DNA of 64,000 nt from Coniocarpon cinnabarinum (GCA_051942205.1 JAVECO010000011.1:62001-126000); one strand, 5' to 3'. Numbered from the stretch's first letter, positions 1 through 10,913 are shown. The notes: generated by a model from the sequence alone, not told the origin. Program-made: numbers and translations.

Positions 1-1
1 G

Positions 2-2125
2 ATGCAGTCACACACTTCCGGCGCAGACTTGATGGTACCGTCCATAGCTCTGAATGATACCGTTGGAGGTGCATCCGAGTCTCCGAATGTCCAACGCCCG
101 CGCACCGCGCCGCAAAGCTCAGAGCTACTACAAGAGCTGCAACAACACGATGCGCTTGTAGATTCTGGGAGCTCTCCATCCGAAGACGACAACTTTGCGC
201 CGCTCAGCACTGCGATTGAAACAGGTGGCTTCGACAACCCCTTTGGAGGAGACCACCTGTCCTTTTCCAATCGTGGCAGTGTTCTCCTCGACGGACAGAA
301 GGCTTTCTTCGATGGAAGCAGGACAGGCAGTGTGATGACAAAGAAGAGTCCGCAGCTTGCATCGAAATCTCCACGACTGGGCGTGCCACAACGGTCACCT
401 TCTAGTGCTGAAAAACGACTGTCGCAAAAAGTTCGGTCGATGTACGAGGGCGGCGCCATCCTTGAAGAAGCTGAAGAGAAGTCTTCTGTGGAAGCCGAGA
501 CGAGGAGCGTTGATCGTGCGGACTTTCGACAACATGGGAAGGCTGAGTCTACAGATGACGCCAACGACACGGTTGCAGAACTACCAAGGATTACGTCTCC
601 TAGCCATAGCGACTTGACGACACACTCTCGTAATTTGAACAGTCGACCGGGCAGTGTACGGGCTAGCTATATCAAAATGGAGCCTTGGGAAGCTGCTGGT
701 GGCATCGAGGACTACCACGACGTCCGCGTGGGTGACGTAGATCGTTATGGGTTTATTCGTCCAGGCACTGGCAAGTCGCAAGCGTCCGATGTAGGGCTGA
801 CACCTCCGGCAAATGGGACTGCGCTGAGTGGACGTACTTCAAGTGAGGTCGATAACCCATTCGTGGGCAGTGTGCGGAACGGCAAGTTGCACAAACCGCC
901 GCCGACCTCATCTCGAACAAACCGGTCATCATTCACGAGCGCGCGTTCCACTCGACCACATTCGAGCGCAACGAGTCATGCTGCTTCAGCAGTCACCACC
1001 CGGAGTTATCGATCTTTGCACCTTTCCAGACCTGGATCATCGAGGCATCGGCGCTGGGCTAACGAGGCACCCGATATGCTGAACGTCCCTTCTGGAATGC
1101 CGAAAAGTCCCAGCGGCCACGGCACTCATACTGACGCCATCAAACACAAGACAGAGCAACGACGGATCGATAAATGGGAGAAGATGGCCCACCAACTCAA
1201 CAGTATCCCACGTCAGCCTCATGCCGCCGTCGGAGGTGGTCAAACCTACTCGTTTGATACAAAGTCGCCGAAACTCATAGAGCGTGTTTGGAAGGGCGTT
1301 CCCGACGTTTGGCGAGCACCCGCTTGGCATGCTTTTCTCATCGATTCAGCGAAAACGCATCACAAATCAGACTATGTCCATGACCATGAGCTTGTTCGAC
1401 GTTACTTTGCACATCAAGAGCAAGATTCGCTTGACGACATTCAAATTGACATGGATGTCCCGCGCACCGTGGGTCAGCACGTCATGTTTCGAGCGAGATA
1501 TCGTGGTGGACAGCGTCTACTCTTCCGCGTGCTACGTGCACTATCCCTTGAATACCCAGAGACGGGTTACGTGCAAGGCATGGCTCCACTAGCAGCTACA
1601 TTACTGTGCTATTTCGACGAAGAACAAGCTTTTGTCGCCGCATGTCGTCTCTGGAGAGATCGAGGCCTCGCAGAGCTCTTCGCGCAGGGCTTTGGAGGCC
1701 TGATGACAGCCCTCGAAGTCTTCGAGACGAAATGGCTCGCAGAGAATAAACCGGTCAAGAAACAGCTGGAGGAGCTGGGCATCCCGGCCACGAGCTACGG
1801 CACGAAATGGTATCTTACACTTTTCAACTACGCTTTGCCCTTCGAAGCACAATTGCGCGTGTGGGACGTCTTCATCTTACTGGGCGGGTCGGCATCTGAG
1901 AAACCGATAGCGTCAGCGAGTGAGGATGACGGTCGCTTTGATGTGCTGCACGCTGTTTCTGCGGCGATCATCGATGCGTTGCAGGATACGCTTATTGGGG
2001 CTGAGTTTGAGAATGCGATGGCTGCGCTGACGGGGTCGGTGCCCGTCGGGAATGAGGATGTGTTGATGAGGGTTACGAAGCGGGAGTTTGAAGAACGACA
2101 GAAAAGGAGGAAGAAGGGGAGATGA
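2..2125 (+). CDS. TBC (Rab-GAP) domain protein; may be 5'-truncated at the window edge
   Basis: Disordered Ser/Pro-rich N-terminus, then TBC motifs KGVPDVWRAPAW, QIDMDVPRT (Arg finger), GYVQGM (Gln finger) and LRVWDVF. Confidence 0.9.
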   Translation: MQSHTSGADLMVPSIALNDTVGGASESPNVQRPRTAPQSSELLQELQQHDALVDSGSSPSEDDNFAPLSTAIETGGFDNPFGGDHLSFSNRGSVLLDGQKAFFDGSRTGSVMTKKSPQLASKSPRLGVPQRSPSSAEKRLSQKVRSMYEGGAILEEAEEKSSVEAETRSVDRADFRQHGKAESTDDANDTVAELPRITSPSHSDLTTHSRNLNSRPGSVRASYIKMEPWEAAGGIEDYHDVRVGDVDRYGFIRPGTGKSQASDVGLTPPANGTALSGRTSSEVDNPFVGSVRNGKLHKPPPTSSRTNRSSFTSARSTRPHSSATSHAASAVTTRSYRSLHLSRPGSSRHRRWANEAPDMLNVPSGMPKSPSGHGTHTDAIKHKTEQRRIDKWEKMAHQLNSIPRQPHAAVGGGQTYSFDTKSPKLIERVWKGVPDVWRAPAWHAFLIDSAKTHHKSDYVHDHELVRRYFAHQEQDSLDDIQIDMDVPRTVGQHVMFRARYRGGQRLLFRVLRALSLEYPETGYVQGMAPLAATLLCYFDEEQAFVAACRLWRDRGLAELFAQGFGGLMTALEVFETKWLAENKPVKKQLEELGIPATSYGTKWYLTLFNYALPFEAQLRVWDVFILLGGSASEKPIASASEDDGRFDVLHAVSAAIIDALQDTLIGAEFENAMAALTGSVPVGNEDVLMRVTKREFEERQKRRKKGR

Positions 2126-2857
2126 GTCGGGTCGTCAAGAATGGGTTGATGGGTCGAGTGCATTCGACGCATGGAATGGTCACGGTTGGGAATTGATACC
2201 CTGGGTTTTGCATCTGGACGGCTGTCTGGAGCTAGAGTATGATATTGACCCCGACCTGAAGTCACTGAGGTCGGAGGGTAACGCGTGAAGTGTAATTGTC
2301 ATCGTCAGACTTATAGACGATAGCATCAGCTCACAGAAGGTCTTGATGCCCTTAATAGGAAGACCAGTATTAAGGTCACAAGTGTCCACCTTCTTTCCAC
2401 GCTGTCCTCAACTTAAACATGGTTTCACATTGTATGTACAGAACAGTGTCAATTGTAGCTTCTTTCTATAGACCACCACTCTTTCTTGGTTCTTCTGCAC
2501 CGAAGCGAAATAGAATCACAATGCCAGCGCACCATTGATTGTGGGAGACTTTACTTACACGCCGCTTCAATCATTGACCAAATTGAATCTCAGGTTCTCG
2601 ACATGTCTGGAATTATCGTCTGCTTCATTCATTCATTCATTCATGTATTCATCTTCATATTCTTCTGCTTCTCACCCCCTTTTTTTTCCTTGCCCCTATT
2701 TTCCTTTCCTACTTCTGCACAGTATTCCAGTCATCACTTCCATTCTTGATGTCTGTACCATATGGCTTTTCTTTTGCTGACTCTGATTTCGTTTACTCTG
2801 ATCTTATTTACTTGTTCGCAATTGGCGGCGGCGTTTTGACGTCTCTTTCTTAACGAT

Positions 2858-3058
2858 GAGAGTAGATGAGTAGATGAGTAGATGAGTACACGAGTGGGTG
2901 AGTACACGAGTAGATAAGTACACGAGTACATGAATACGAGCATACTGACATACTGGCATACTTGCATACTTAAATACTAGCATACTAGCATATTAGCATA
3001 CTAGCATACCAGCATACTAGCATACTAGCATACCTATTTGTATACTTGCATACCAGCA
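2858..3058. repeat. Two adjacent degenerate 8-bp tandem arrays: (GAGTAGAT/GAGTACAC)n, then (CATACTAG)n
   Basis: Units visible directly in an AT-rich intergenic stretch; boundaries approximate. Confidence 0.75.
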
Positions 3059-3483
3059 CCTGCACTTTAAATAATTAACGCGCGATAGCTAATAAAGCTA
3101 ACGAACAGCTTTCAGCAGTGATAGCATAACGTCTCGCTAGCAGTCATCTTCATACAAGCTCCTGCTCGTGGTCGCAGTTAGTTAACACCATTTACGAAGA
3201 AAGCAGCGGAGACACAGAGCAGCAGAGAGGCGGAAACCAGGCGGAAACAAGGCCGAAATCTATGAGAGATGTGACGGTATTCACGCGACTTGGACATAGT
3301 TGTTGTCATCATCGCCGCAGTCGTCATCTTCATCTTCTTCGAGGTGTCGTCCTCGTTGCTGGCAGCAGCGATATTAGTAGTAATATTATTACGTTTTAAA
3401 TTGTATGTATAGTACGTTGCGTCATGTTTTCCACCCATGACCAGCAGTAACCGTAAGCACATTCTCTAGGAGTTTTGGTTTAG

Positions 3484-3585
3484 GTATTGCTCCTTGAATT
3501 ATGGCATATTAGTAAATGTGTTGCTCCTTGAGTTATGGCATAATAGTAAATGTATTGCTCCTTGGTTTATAGCATAATGGTAATA
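3484..3585. repeat. 34-bp minisatellite, 3 copies
   Basis: gtattgctccttgaattatggcatattagtaaat-like units start at 3484, 3518 and 3552, head to tail with no spacers. Confidence 0.85.
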
Positions 3586-3850
3586 GCTCTGGTAAGAGCA
3601 TGACTGCTCCACTCCGGACAATGTAACTGGCGCTTCTTCGATCGTGACCTTGACGAACACGTCTGCGAAGCGAATACGTGGTGGAAACTCCAGGAAAGAC
3701 ACAAGAGAAGACACGAGAACCGCTGCGAAAAGCATCAAAGAGTATGCGTTCACTAGTCGACACCTTGTTCCTCCTCAAATAGACGTCATAGACAGTAAAC
3801 GTTTAAATTGTGTGACATTGCAACAGAATGCAATCACCCACCGGACGCTC

Positions 3851-3950
3851 GTCTCGTCTCGTCTCGTCTCGTCTCGTCTCGTCTCGTCTCGTCTCGTCTC
3901 GTCTCGTCTCGTCTCGTCTCGTCTCGTCTCGTCTCGTCTCGTCTCGTCTC
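3851..3950. repeat. Perfect (GTCTC)20 microsatellite
   Basis: Direct count; its end overlaps the stop codon (3949-3951) of the minus-strand ORF. Confidence 0.97.
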
Positions 3951-4821
3951 ATCTTTGATGATACTTATGGGCGAAGAAGACCTTGCCCAGATCCAGGCCA
4001 CGGGACCCGCTGTAGACGAAACTGTGTTTACTGACGGCATCGTTCCCCTGGTACATGACACGGAACGGCCTGCTGGTGGCGTCAGGGACGTGCCCATCGT
4101 TGATCACATTGCCACCTTCCAGGGCTTTATTGGAGTGGAAGATGAGTTCCATCGCGTCGTTCGGCACTGAAGAGGTGCCCTGCTTCTGGTTAGTGATTGA
4201 GTCTGATAGATGATCCCCGTCAGTTGACCTGCATACTCTAAGTGTTTGTCCCGGTTGAGGAACGGCAGTTGCTCTCCCTAATGCATGGATCAGTGTTTTC
4301 CCTTTTGACGCCGTCGAATCTGTCACGGGGGTTTTTAAAGTACCCGTGGTGTTTGCATCCTTGCCATCCTGTGACTGGTCCGGCATTTTGATAGCTTCGA
4401 TCCTCTGTAGCGCCTCTGAAACGTTGATACCTTGTACAGTGGCAATGAGGATCAACAGGCTACTCTTCTCCCCCTCTAGTCCCTGCAACTGTGTCAGGAT
4501 CTTCGGCTCCGCTCTCGAAGCCGCCAACTTAGTTCGGGTTCGATGCAAGAATGACGCGGACGGATCGGAGGAATATTGCTGGAGGCGCTGCACTAGGGCC
4601 CGGACGCGACGAAGGAGGGAATTGAAAGCTGCGATGATCAAATCCGTCCGAAACAATGGGCTTTGATGGAGGAAGTGCTCCACCGATATCAATGTCTGAA
4701 GATGCTCCTGATGCTGCTGAAAATTGTCGCAGACTGCTCTGAATCTGCGTAGGCAGGCGAGGGCTTTGATAGATGACTCGAGAAGCTGCGCCACGGCCGC
4801 GAATGTTCCCAAGGCTTCCAT
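3949..4821 (-). CDS. HeLo-like/SesA-type N-terminal helical domain protein with a C-terminal two-repeat HET-s-like amyloid-type domain; putative cell-death effector
   Basis: N-terminus MEALGTFAAVAQLLESSIK...EPKILTQLQGLEGEKSSLLILI resembles fungal Helo_like_N domains. C-terminal pseudo-repeats FHSNKALEGGNVINDG and YQGNDAVSKHSFVYSG end in GLDLGKVFF. Possible in-frame 66-nt intron at 4278-4343. Confidence 0.7.
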   Translation of the reverse strand: MEALGTFAAVAQLLESSIKALACLRRFRAVCDNFQQHQEHLQTLISVEHFLHQSPLFRTDLIIAAFNSLLRRVRALVQRLQQYSSDPSASFLHRTRTKLAASRAEPKILTQLQGLEGEKSSLLILIATVQGINVSEALQRIEAIKMPDQSQDGKDANTTGTLKTPVTDSTASKGKTLIHALGRATAVPQPGQTLRVCRSTDGDHLSDSITNQKQGTSSVPNDAMELIFHSNKALEGGNVINDGHVPDATSRPFRVMYQGNDAVSKHSFVYSGSRGLDLGKVFFAHKYHQR

Positions 4822-5237
4822 TTGCGTAGGTCACGGGAGCCTTCAGACAACAAGGTGACAGCATGAGCTGACTACATCTTAGGAGTTCGGCAGCGCCTTG
4901 GTCGCACGTCGTGATGGTTGCAAGCATCCAGATGGGTCGCTGGGCTCGAGAAACGCATGTGGACTAGAAAGGCGAACAATCGCCAACCACTCATCGCGCA
5001 GAGATGTGCACTGACATCTGTGTGACGTTGCGATACAGCCTCGCAGGCAGCAACGAGGCTCAATCAAGGGTGCGAGGATATGCGCCAGTGGTGCGCAGGC
5101 GTATACTTCCAGCTGTTTCTTCTTGACCACAAAGTTCCCAAGCTGGACTCACCATCAATCTCAAGGCCCTTCTTCCACCAGACTAGCATTTACGCAAGTA
5201 CACTGAGCGAATTGCTTCCAAGTAGGTCTCTTCCAGA

Positions 5238-5871
5238 ATGCCTACACCCACCATTGCCTCATCGTACCGCGAACCAGATGAAGAGAATCAATTAGGCCTT
5301 GTCAGAGCTACACCACAGTATGTCCCGTACGAAGACCATGACGAACCAGCTCGTACAGCACAGGACGAGCCCTACCGCGATGATGACACCGCCACCACAA
5401 ACGAAGATGCAAGTAAACAACCTCACTCACGACATAACACAGCCAGTGTTGTTGACAAAAAGCCGTTAGCTCAAACAGACTCATCACCGCCGGAATGAGT
5501 CCACCTCTACAGACGGAAGCGTAAGCTTGCTCCGCCTGTTTTCACCTACCGTCTTCTGCACGCACACGCTCCTCAACGCAGCTGACACTGAGCCACAGCT
5601 TACCCAGCAGAGCCATCCCAAACGAGACCGCTACGCGCAGCAATTCACAGACACGCGCGTGACGGGGCACTGCTTTCAGGGTAACTCAGCGCACGAAGGC
5701 GGATCGACCTTCAACACGGCGCTCGCCGCTGGTGACACGTGCTGGTCGAAGATGAGCGCCCGCTTCTGCAATATCATCACCGTGGGCGTCATCGGGGGAC
5801 TGGTCATTGCCTTCTACATCTTCATGCGCGCACTTAACCGCCAAAGTGACGTAGCTCAGCACCTAGTTTAG
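5238..5871 (+). CDS. Small (~164 aa) tail-anchored membrane protein with one amyloid-like motif copy
   Basis: Model exons 5238-5408, 5470-5520, 5599-5871. Intron 1 is GC-AG (GCAAGT...TTAG); intron 2 is GTAAGC...GCTGAC...CAG. Acidic N-terminus, motif FQGNSAHEGGSTFN, TM helix IITVGVIGGLVIAFYIFM, 14-aa tail. The 5' exons are uncertain (alternative: ATG 5320 with GT donor 5413). Confidence 0.6.
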
Positions 5872-6646
5872 CAGGCAATGGGAGCCATGGAAGGACAACA
5901 GATCGAGGTAGAAGCATCGCATCAGCGTGCGCTTAAGTAGCACGGTAGTCCAATGAGTATAAGAACCTGCCTTGGCACAAGTCATCGTAGAATAGAAGGC
6001 GCATGACTTAGCGTAAGAGCAGTGTCACGATAGAAGCATGCAATTAAATACACGAAATCCAGAATAAAATCAAGAACATATAGTCAAATACATGAAGTCA
6101 AGTCCAGAGCCACAACACGTGCACTAACCACAAAAACGAACGCAATGCCAAACTTATCATCTGGGGGTCTGCACATTGGACGGTCATACCGCGCACACCA
6201 GCGAGTGCATGTGACCAAGAGTAAAAGCATGTTTTTTTTTTCTTTTTCGATTTCATTCCAAAAGGCAAAAACTACATATACATGGCCCATATCGAGAGCC
6301 TCGAACACAGACAAACCCACTTGAGAGATGTTGCCGCCAGCGTCAGCAAAGCGCCACAGCGACGACAGTCGAAAAAAGGATAAAGGATCGTATTGAGCTG
6401 CTCTGTGTGTTCTGCGCATCCGCCGCGTTCGAAAGAGTTGTCTGTATTCCCCCATTACAGCCACCATACGTCTCTTCTCTCTCCAAGCTCGCTCAGAAAC
6501 CACCGTTCAAGTCTAGAATGTTAATAATCGCATTGCCTAAGAAGGCAGATCCGAACCGTACCCGTCGTAGATGCATGCGCGTCAAGCTCACGATTCGCGC
6601 AGCCAGTTCATTCCGGCCGCACGGATTGTGATGAGAGAAGACGGCC

Positions 6647-8089
6647 TTAATCAGCCTTGTGAATTGGCGCCTGCTTAGTCTCAGGACTGCTGGGCGGGCT
6701 TTGGTTCGGGCTATTGCTCAGATTGCTGATGCTCGAGACAGGACTCTTCTGAGCCTTGTACTCTCCTTCACCAAATGGGCCCTGCTTAGGGGTGGTGGGA
6801 CGCGCTGTGTTGAGTGGTGGTGGAACAGCGTTGGAGCTCTTGCGAGCACGACCCCCGTTCTGAGGAGTAGTGGGACGAGGAGCAGCGGTGGTCGGTGGTG
6901 GTCCACCTTTGCCGGGGCCTGGACGTGGCTTCACGGCGGCTTTGGAGAGGCATGAACGTGGGCAGACACCTTGCTGCGAACGATCAAGGCGGACACACAG
7001 ACACCAGCCGTCGTCGTATTCGTGAAGCAAGCGAACAAGCTGACTCTGTTTCAGCTCCAACTCGTCATCCATGGAAGGCGCAAAGTCGAGTTGGACACGG
7101 TGAACGTTGAGAGGAGAACCATCCGGGCCACGTGGAGGAGCGGCGGCAGTAGCAGACTTGTCACTGTTAGAAGATGATGGACGGGACTTCTCGCTGGAGA
7201 CCTTGAGAGGAGCCGGCGCAAGAGCTGCATCAGCAGCCGAGTCGGCGAAGGGATTGGACGTCTCAGGTTCAGGAGTGCGGCCGCGAGTGGTGGGTGCAGC
7301 AGCAGCGGCGAGACCAGCACCCGCAGCAGTCTTCTCGTTCATCTCGGGCACGGTGCCAGTGTTTTCACGGGGAGAAGTCGTTGCGGCAGCAGGTGCGCGG
7401 ACCGAGGGGCTGCGGTTGGCACCAGTCATGGAAGAGCTCTTTTCATTGTCGAGGAATCTGGCCTGGGCCTCTTTCTCGTTGCGGCGGCGGTAGAACCAGA
7501 ACGCGACAGCGCCAAGAATAGCGAAAATGGCAATAATACCAATAGCCAGGCCTGCCTTTCCGCCTGATGACATGCCACTGTCAGAGCTGGTCTTCTCAGC
7601 AGGTGGAGCAGACGTGGGTGCGGTACTGGCGCCCGCGAGCGAAACAGTACTTCCAGCAGCAGAGCTGGGAGCTGCAGCACTGTGGGCGAAGGTCGTCTGC
7701 TGGCTTGTTACAGCCGAGCTCGCGGCGCTGGAAGCTTGGGATGGAGTGTTGACTGGCACTGCAGCGGCGGGAATTTGAGACGAAGGAGCGGCAGCCGCTG
7801 GCTGGGAAGAGGGCGCAACAGTAGCTGGCTCAGTGTTGGCTGCAGCCGGTGCTGGAGCGGGCTGGGTGTTGACAGTCTCCTGTGGAGCAGGGGCAGCAGC
7901 TGGAACCGTGTCGGGGTCGCCGGCAGCGGGTGCCTGGGTAGCATCGGAGAGCGACGGGGTGCTGAAGCCTCGAATGGGACCATCGAAGGTCTTGGACGCG
8001 GTCACGTACAGGACGGATGTGGCTACGGAGACACCACCATCGTCCTGGCGGACCTCGTGATGGTGTTGATGGTGGTTGATGTGGACCAT
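6647..8089 (-). CDS. Single-pass membrane protein with Ser/Ala/Pro-rich ectodomain and cytosolic SH3 domain (Fus1-like)
   Basis: TM GLAIGIIAIFAILGAVAFWFY followed by RRR; SH3 VQLDFAPSMDDELELKQ...LHEYDDGWCL...GVCPRSCL. Confidence 0.85.
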   Translation of the reverse strand: MVHINHHQHHHEVRQDDGGVSVATSVLYVTASKTFDGPIRGFSTPSLSDATQAPAAGDPDTVPAAAPAPQETVNTQPAPAPAAANTEPATVAPSSQPAAAAPSSQIPAAAVPVNTPSQASSAASSAVTSQQTTFAHSAAAPSSAAGSTVSLAGASTAPTSAPPAEKTSSDSGMSSGGKAGLAIGIIAIFAILGAVAFWFYRRRNEKEAQARFLDNEKSSSMTGANRSPSVRAPAAATTSPRENTGTVPEMNEKTAAGAGLAAAAAPTTRGRTPEPETSNPFADSAADAALAPAPLKVSSEKSRPSSSNSDKSATAAAPPRGPDGSPLNVHRVQLDFAPSMDDELELKQSQLVRLLHEYDDGWCLCVRLDRSQQGVCPRSCLSKAAVKPRPGPGKGGPPPTTAAPRPTTPQNGGRARKSSNAVPPPLNTARPTTPKQGPFGEGEYKAQKSPVSSISNLSNSPNQSPPSSPETKQAPIHKAD

Positions 8090-10008
8090 CTTGACACGTT
8101 GGAAGGGTGAATTGATTGATACGCCCTTGTCTTTGGTTCAGTCCTGTTGACTGTGGACGCCGACCTGCGACGACGAGGATTACTGGTGTACTATGGTCGA
8201 GTGTCGGTGCTAAGGAGTGTGTTGACGGTTGCTGTTGTGAAATGAGCGGCGGCGCAACAAGACTGATAAGCGATGGGCAGTCTTGAGCAAGCGAGTGACG
8301 AAGGGCAGTCAACGAATGGAGTCGACGGCGACCTTCGTAAAGACGTTGAACGTGAAGCAGAAGGAGAGAGAGAAGGAGGGACTGGAAGAGCACCGACGAC
8401 AGCGAGGGCGTGGAGGGAAGAGAGAGAGGACCAGGGCGAGCAGCAAGGGGATGAGCAGAGTTTGGGGGGGGAGCGCGGCTTGGGTGGTGGATGCAATTTC
8501 CTGACACAAGGCTAGATCTCCCTCTCGGCCAATCAGATGTCGAGACCGCAGACGGAAAGGCTCTCGTGACATGCCTAGAACAGCTACTTAGCTATCCTAC
8601 GCGCTCTTAGCCGCGCCCTCAATTTCGACGTCACACGCGTCAGCACGCTTGCAGACAACGATTGCCATATACAAACACACAGTCAACCTCCTCAGCTCAT
8701 TACGATGTTGGATCAACTGCTCCCAGACGCACAAGAGCCTCGGCGTTCGCTGCACAACAGTAAACGGTGTGTGTGTGGGACACTTGTTTGCGGCTGGCCC
8801 ATGTTCCTCTTCGCCCCAAAAGAGCCATGGCGTACTCCGTCCCGAAGCCCTCGTTTCATCTTGGTGTTGGTCAATTATTCGTCTTTTTGGCCCGCACAAG
8901 CACTTGAAACCTTGAAACAGTTTACACCTGTCGGAGAAGTCTTCGCCAATCACTTCTTTGGAACGAACCATGCAAACCTTCTCGAATCTTTCCAAGCATT
9001 CAAGCCTCTGACCGTCGCAATGTGTAACGTGTATAATGTGAATACATGTGCTCATAGGGTTCTCTTTATGTCAGCACCTAAGAAGTCTTCGCCCTCGCCC
9101 ATGTAAGATTGGCCAGACCCAAACTTCGATTCAACACATCTCACATGCTCGGAAAATGTCCGCCTTGAGTGGCATCCCAGCACGTGAAGAGGTTGCTGTC
9201 CCCATGTACGGGATCACGTCTTCAACAAGGAAGACTCTCGTCCTACCTGAGACACGTGCTCCTTGTCGCTCTAGGCATCATAGCAGTGCACGTCCGAGAA
9301 GGCAGGCATCGTGTCCTTGCGCCATCAGCGTGGTATATGTGAATCACTGGCAAATGCCCGAACACGTCGTCGGTAATATCGGCAGGTCCGGCGATCAACC
9401 GGTGTCTATGCCTTGAATGAGCGACTGTCACGAGCCTGCATTTCTAATAGTCTTGTGCAAGGAATTTGTTACAGTATCAGAGTGTGCACATCTTCGACAC
9501 ATGCAGGCTATCTTTCTATCATGCCTTAAATGCAATCTGCGGTCAATAGTGACAGCTCTGTAGGGTATAAAGTTATGCATCCATGTCAAAGTGTTGGCTG
9601 TTGACAGTGAGCAGTGCTTGCCAGTGCGTAATGCAGATGTGAGAACTGTCCCTCGGCAACGGAGACAAGGGTTCAAGATATTGCAAAAATCACGCTCGAG
9701 CCCTGGGTATTTCCTCCACGCATGCAGAGAGGTTTGATTTTTAATAAGAAAAAGAGAATCAAAGCCTTGAACTGGGGTTCGACGTGCTTACATTTCCGGA
9801 CTACCTTCCGTCCACAGCAACGGATTGAGCTGAGTCAAGAAGGCTAGCAATTCTGTCATCTGATTCTGACTCTTGCTCTTGCCTGAGAGCAAGCAATGAA
9901 AGTCATGTCTCGTAACCTTAAGTTGCTCATGTTGGCCGATATGCCCTGAGTCGTAGCATCGTTTCCCATTCCACCTGACGGGGACTGTAGTAAACTTGGG
10001 TATCATGA

Positions 10009-10913
10009 TCATCCTCGATCCGCTCCTCGCGCGCCCATCCTCCTCATCCTCCGCCTTCTCACCACGTTCGGATTCCAGAGCCCGCTGAAAAGCTCTTCGC
10101 ACTCGTCCTCATCTGCACTATCAAAGGCAATGTCGTGCCGCCCCCTCCCCTGAACTACCCTCATGTCATCATCTTCTTCCCTGCCTTCCCAGCGCGCTCC
10201 CACGACGGTCCGCCTGGTCTCCAGAATGAACTTTCCAACCTTGTACCTTTGACTGTCTTCCTCCGCGCCGACATATTTCCAGCCTAGCACACTTGAGCAG
10301 ACTGAGCATGACACATCACAGACAGTATGCAGGCCTGTCACAAGGCTACGAGGAACAGGCTTGGAAGTATAAGTGTTCGGAAGAGCGGTCGTGAAAGATG
10401 CGGTATTGGGATGTGCGGTGAGGGCTTCGTCAGAGCTCGGCGTACTAAATGCAGGAGGGCCATACGTTGGAGGAGCAGGAGCAGAACCTAGCTGAGACGC
10501 TGCGGCTGCATTTGGAGGAGAGGTTGGCACGGTCGAGGCGACGGAAGTGGGATCAGTCGGCGAAACAAGGTAAGCTCGACCGTGTCGACCAGTGAAGCCT
10601 TTGCTGATGATCTGAGACGTGAGAGCAAGCTCCGCGTGGCACTTAGAGCAGGAAATGATCGAGCGTGGGGTAGTATGTAAGAAGTTGGATCCTTGCTCAG
10701 TCAAAGCGGTTGGCGAAGTCTGTCGTGCTTGTTAGCTCCCTTCCAGACACCGGAGCTTTGCTAAAATTTACTCGTCACACATACAGAAAGATCAGAGTCA
10801 AGTGAGGCAGCCGTCGAGGTGCTAGTATTGCTTGATTGTCGCCTACGAAAGGGTATCACCGGAAGGATGTACGTCTGGAAAAGCGGCCTGCTCGTAGAAG
10901 GCGATGAAGGCAT
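10009..10913 (-). CDS. Yippee/Mis18 zinc-binding protein (Moh1-like)
   Basis: CSKC...[15 protein letters not shown] and [24 protein letters not shown]...[11 protein letters not shown]. Exon 1 is 10785-10913; intron 10720-10784 (GTATGT..GCTAAC..CAG) keeps the frame. Confidence 0.9.

Noticed and set aside
3484..3585. 34-bp repeats as a CRISPR array
   Set aside because: No spacers, no cas genes and a eukaryotic context; it is a minisatellite.
3644..4170. ORFs with SSRLV or ETRRD repeats
   Set aside because: They are translations of the (GTCTC)n microsatellite.
8597..9676. Short Cys-containing ORFs as a gene or pseudogene
   Set aside because: No recognisable motif or consistent splice model.
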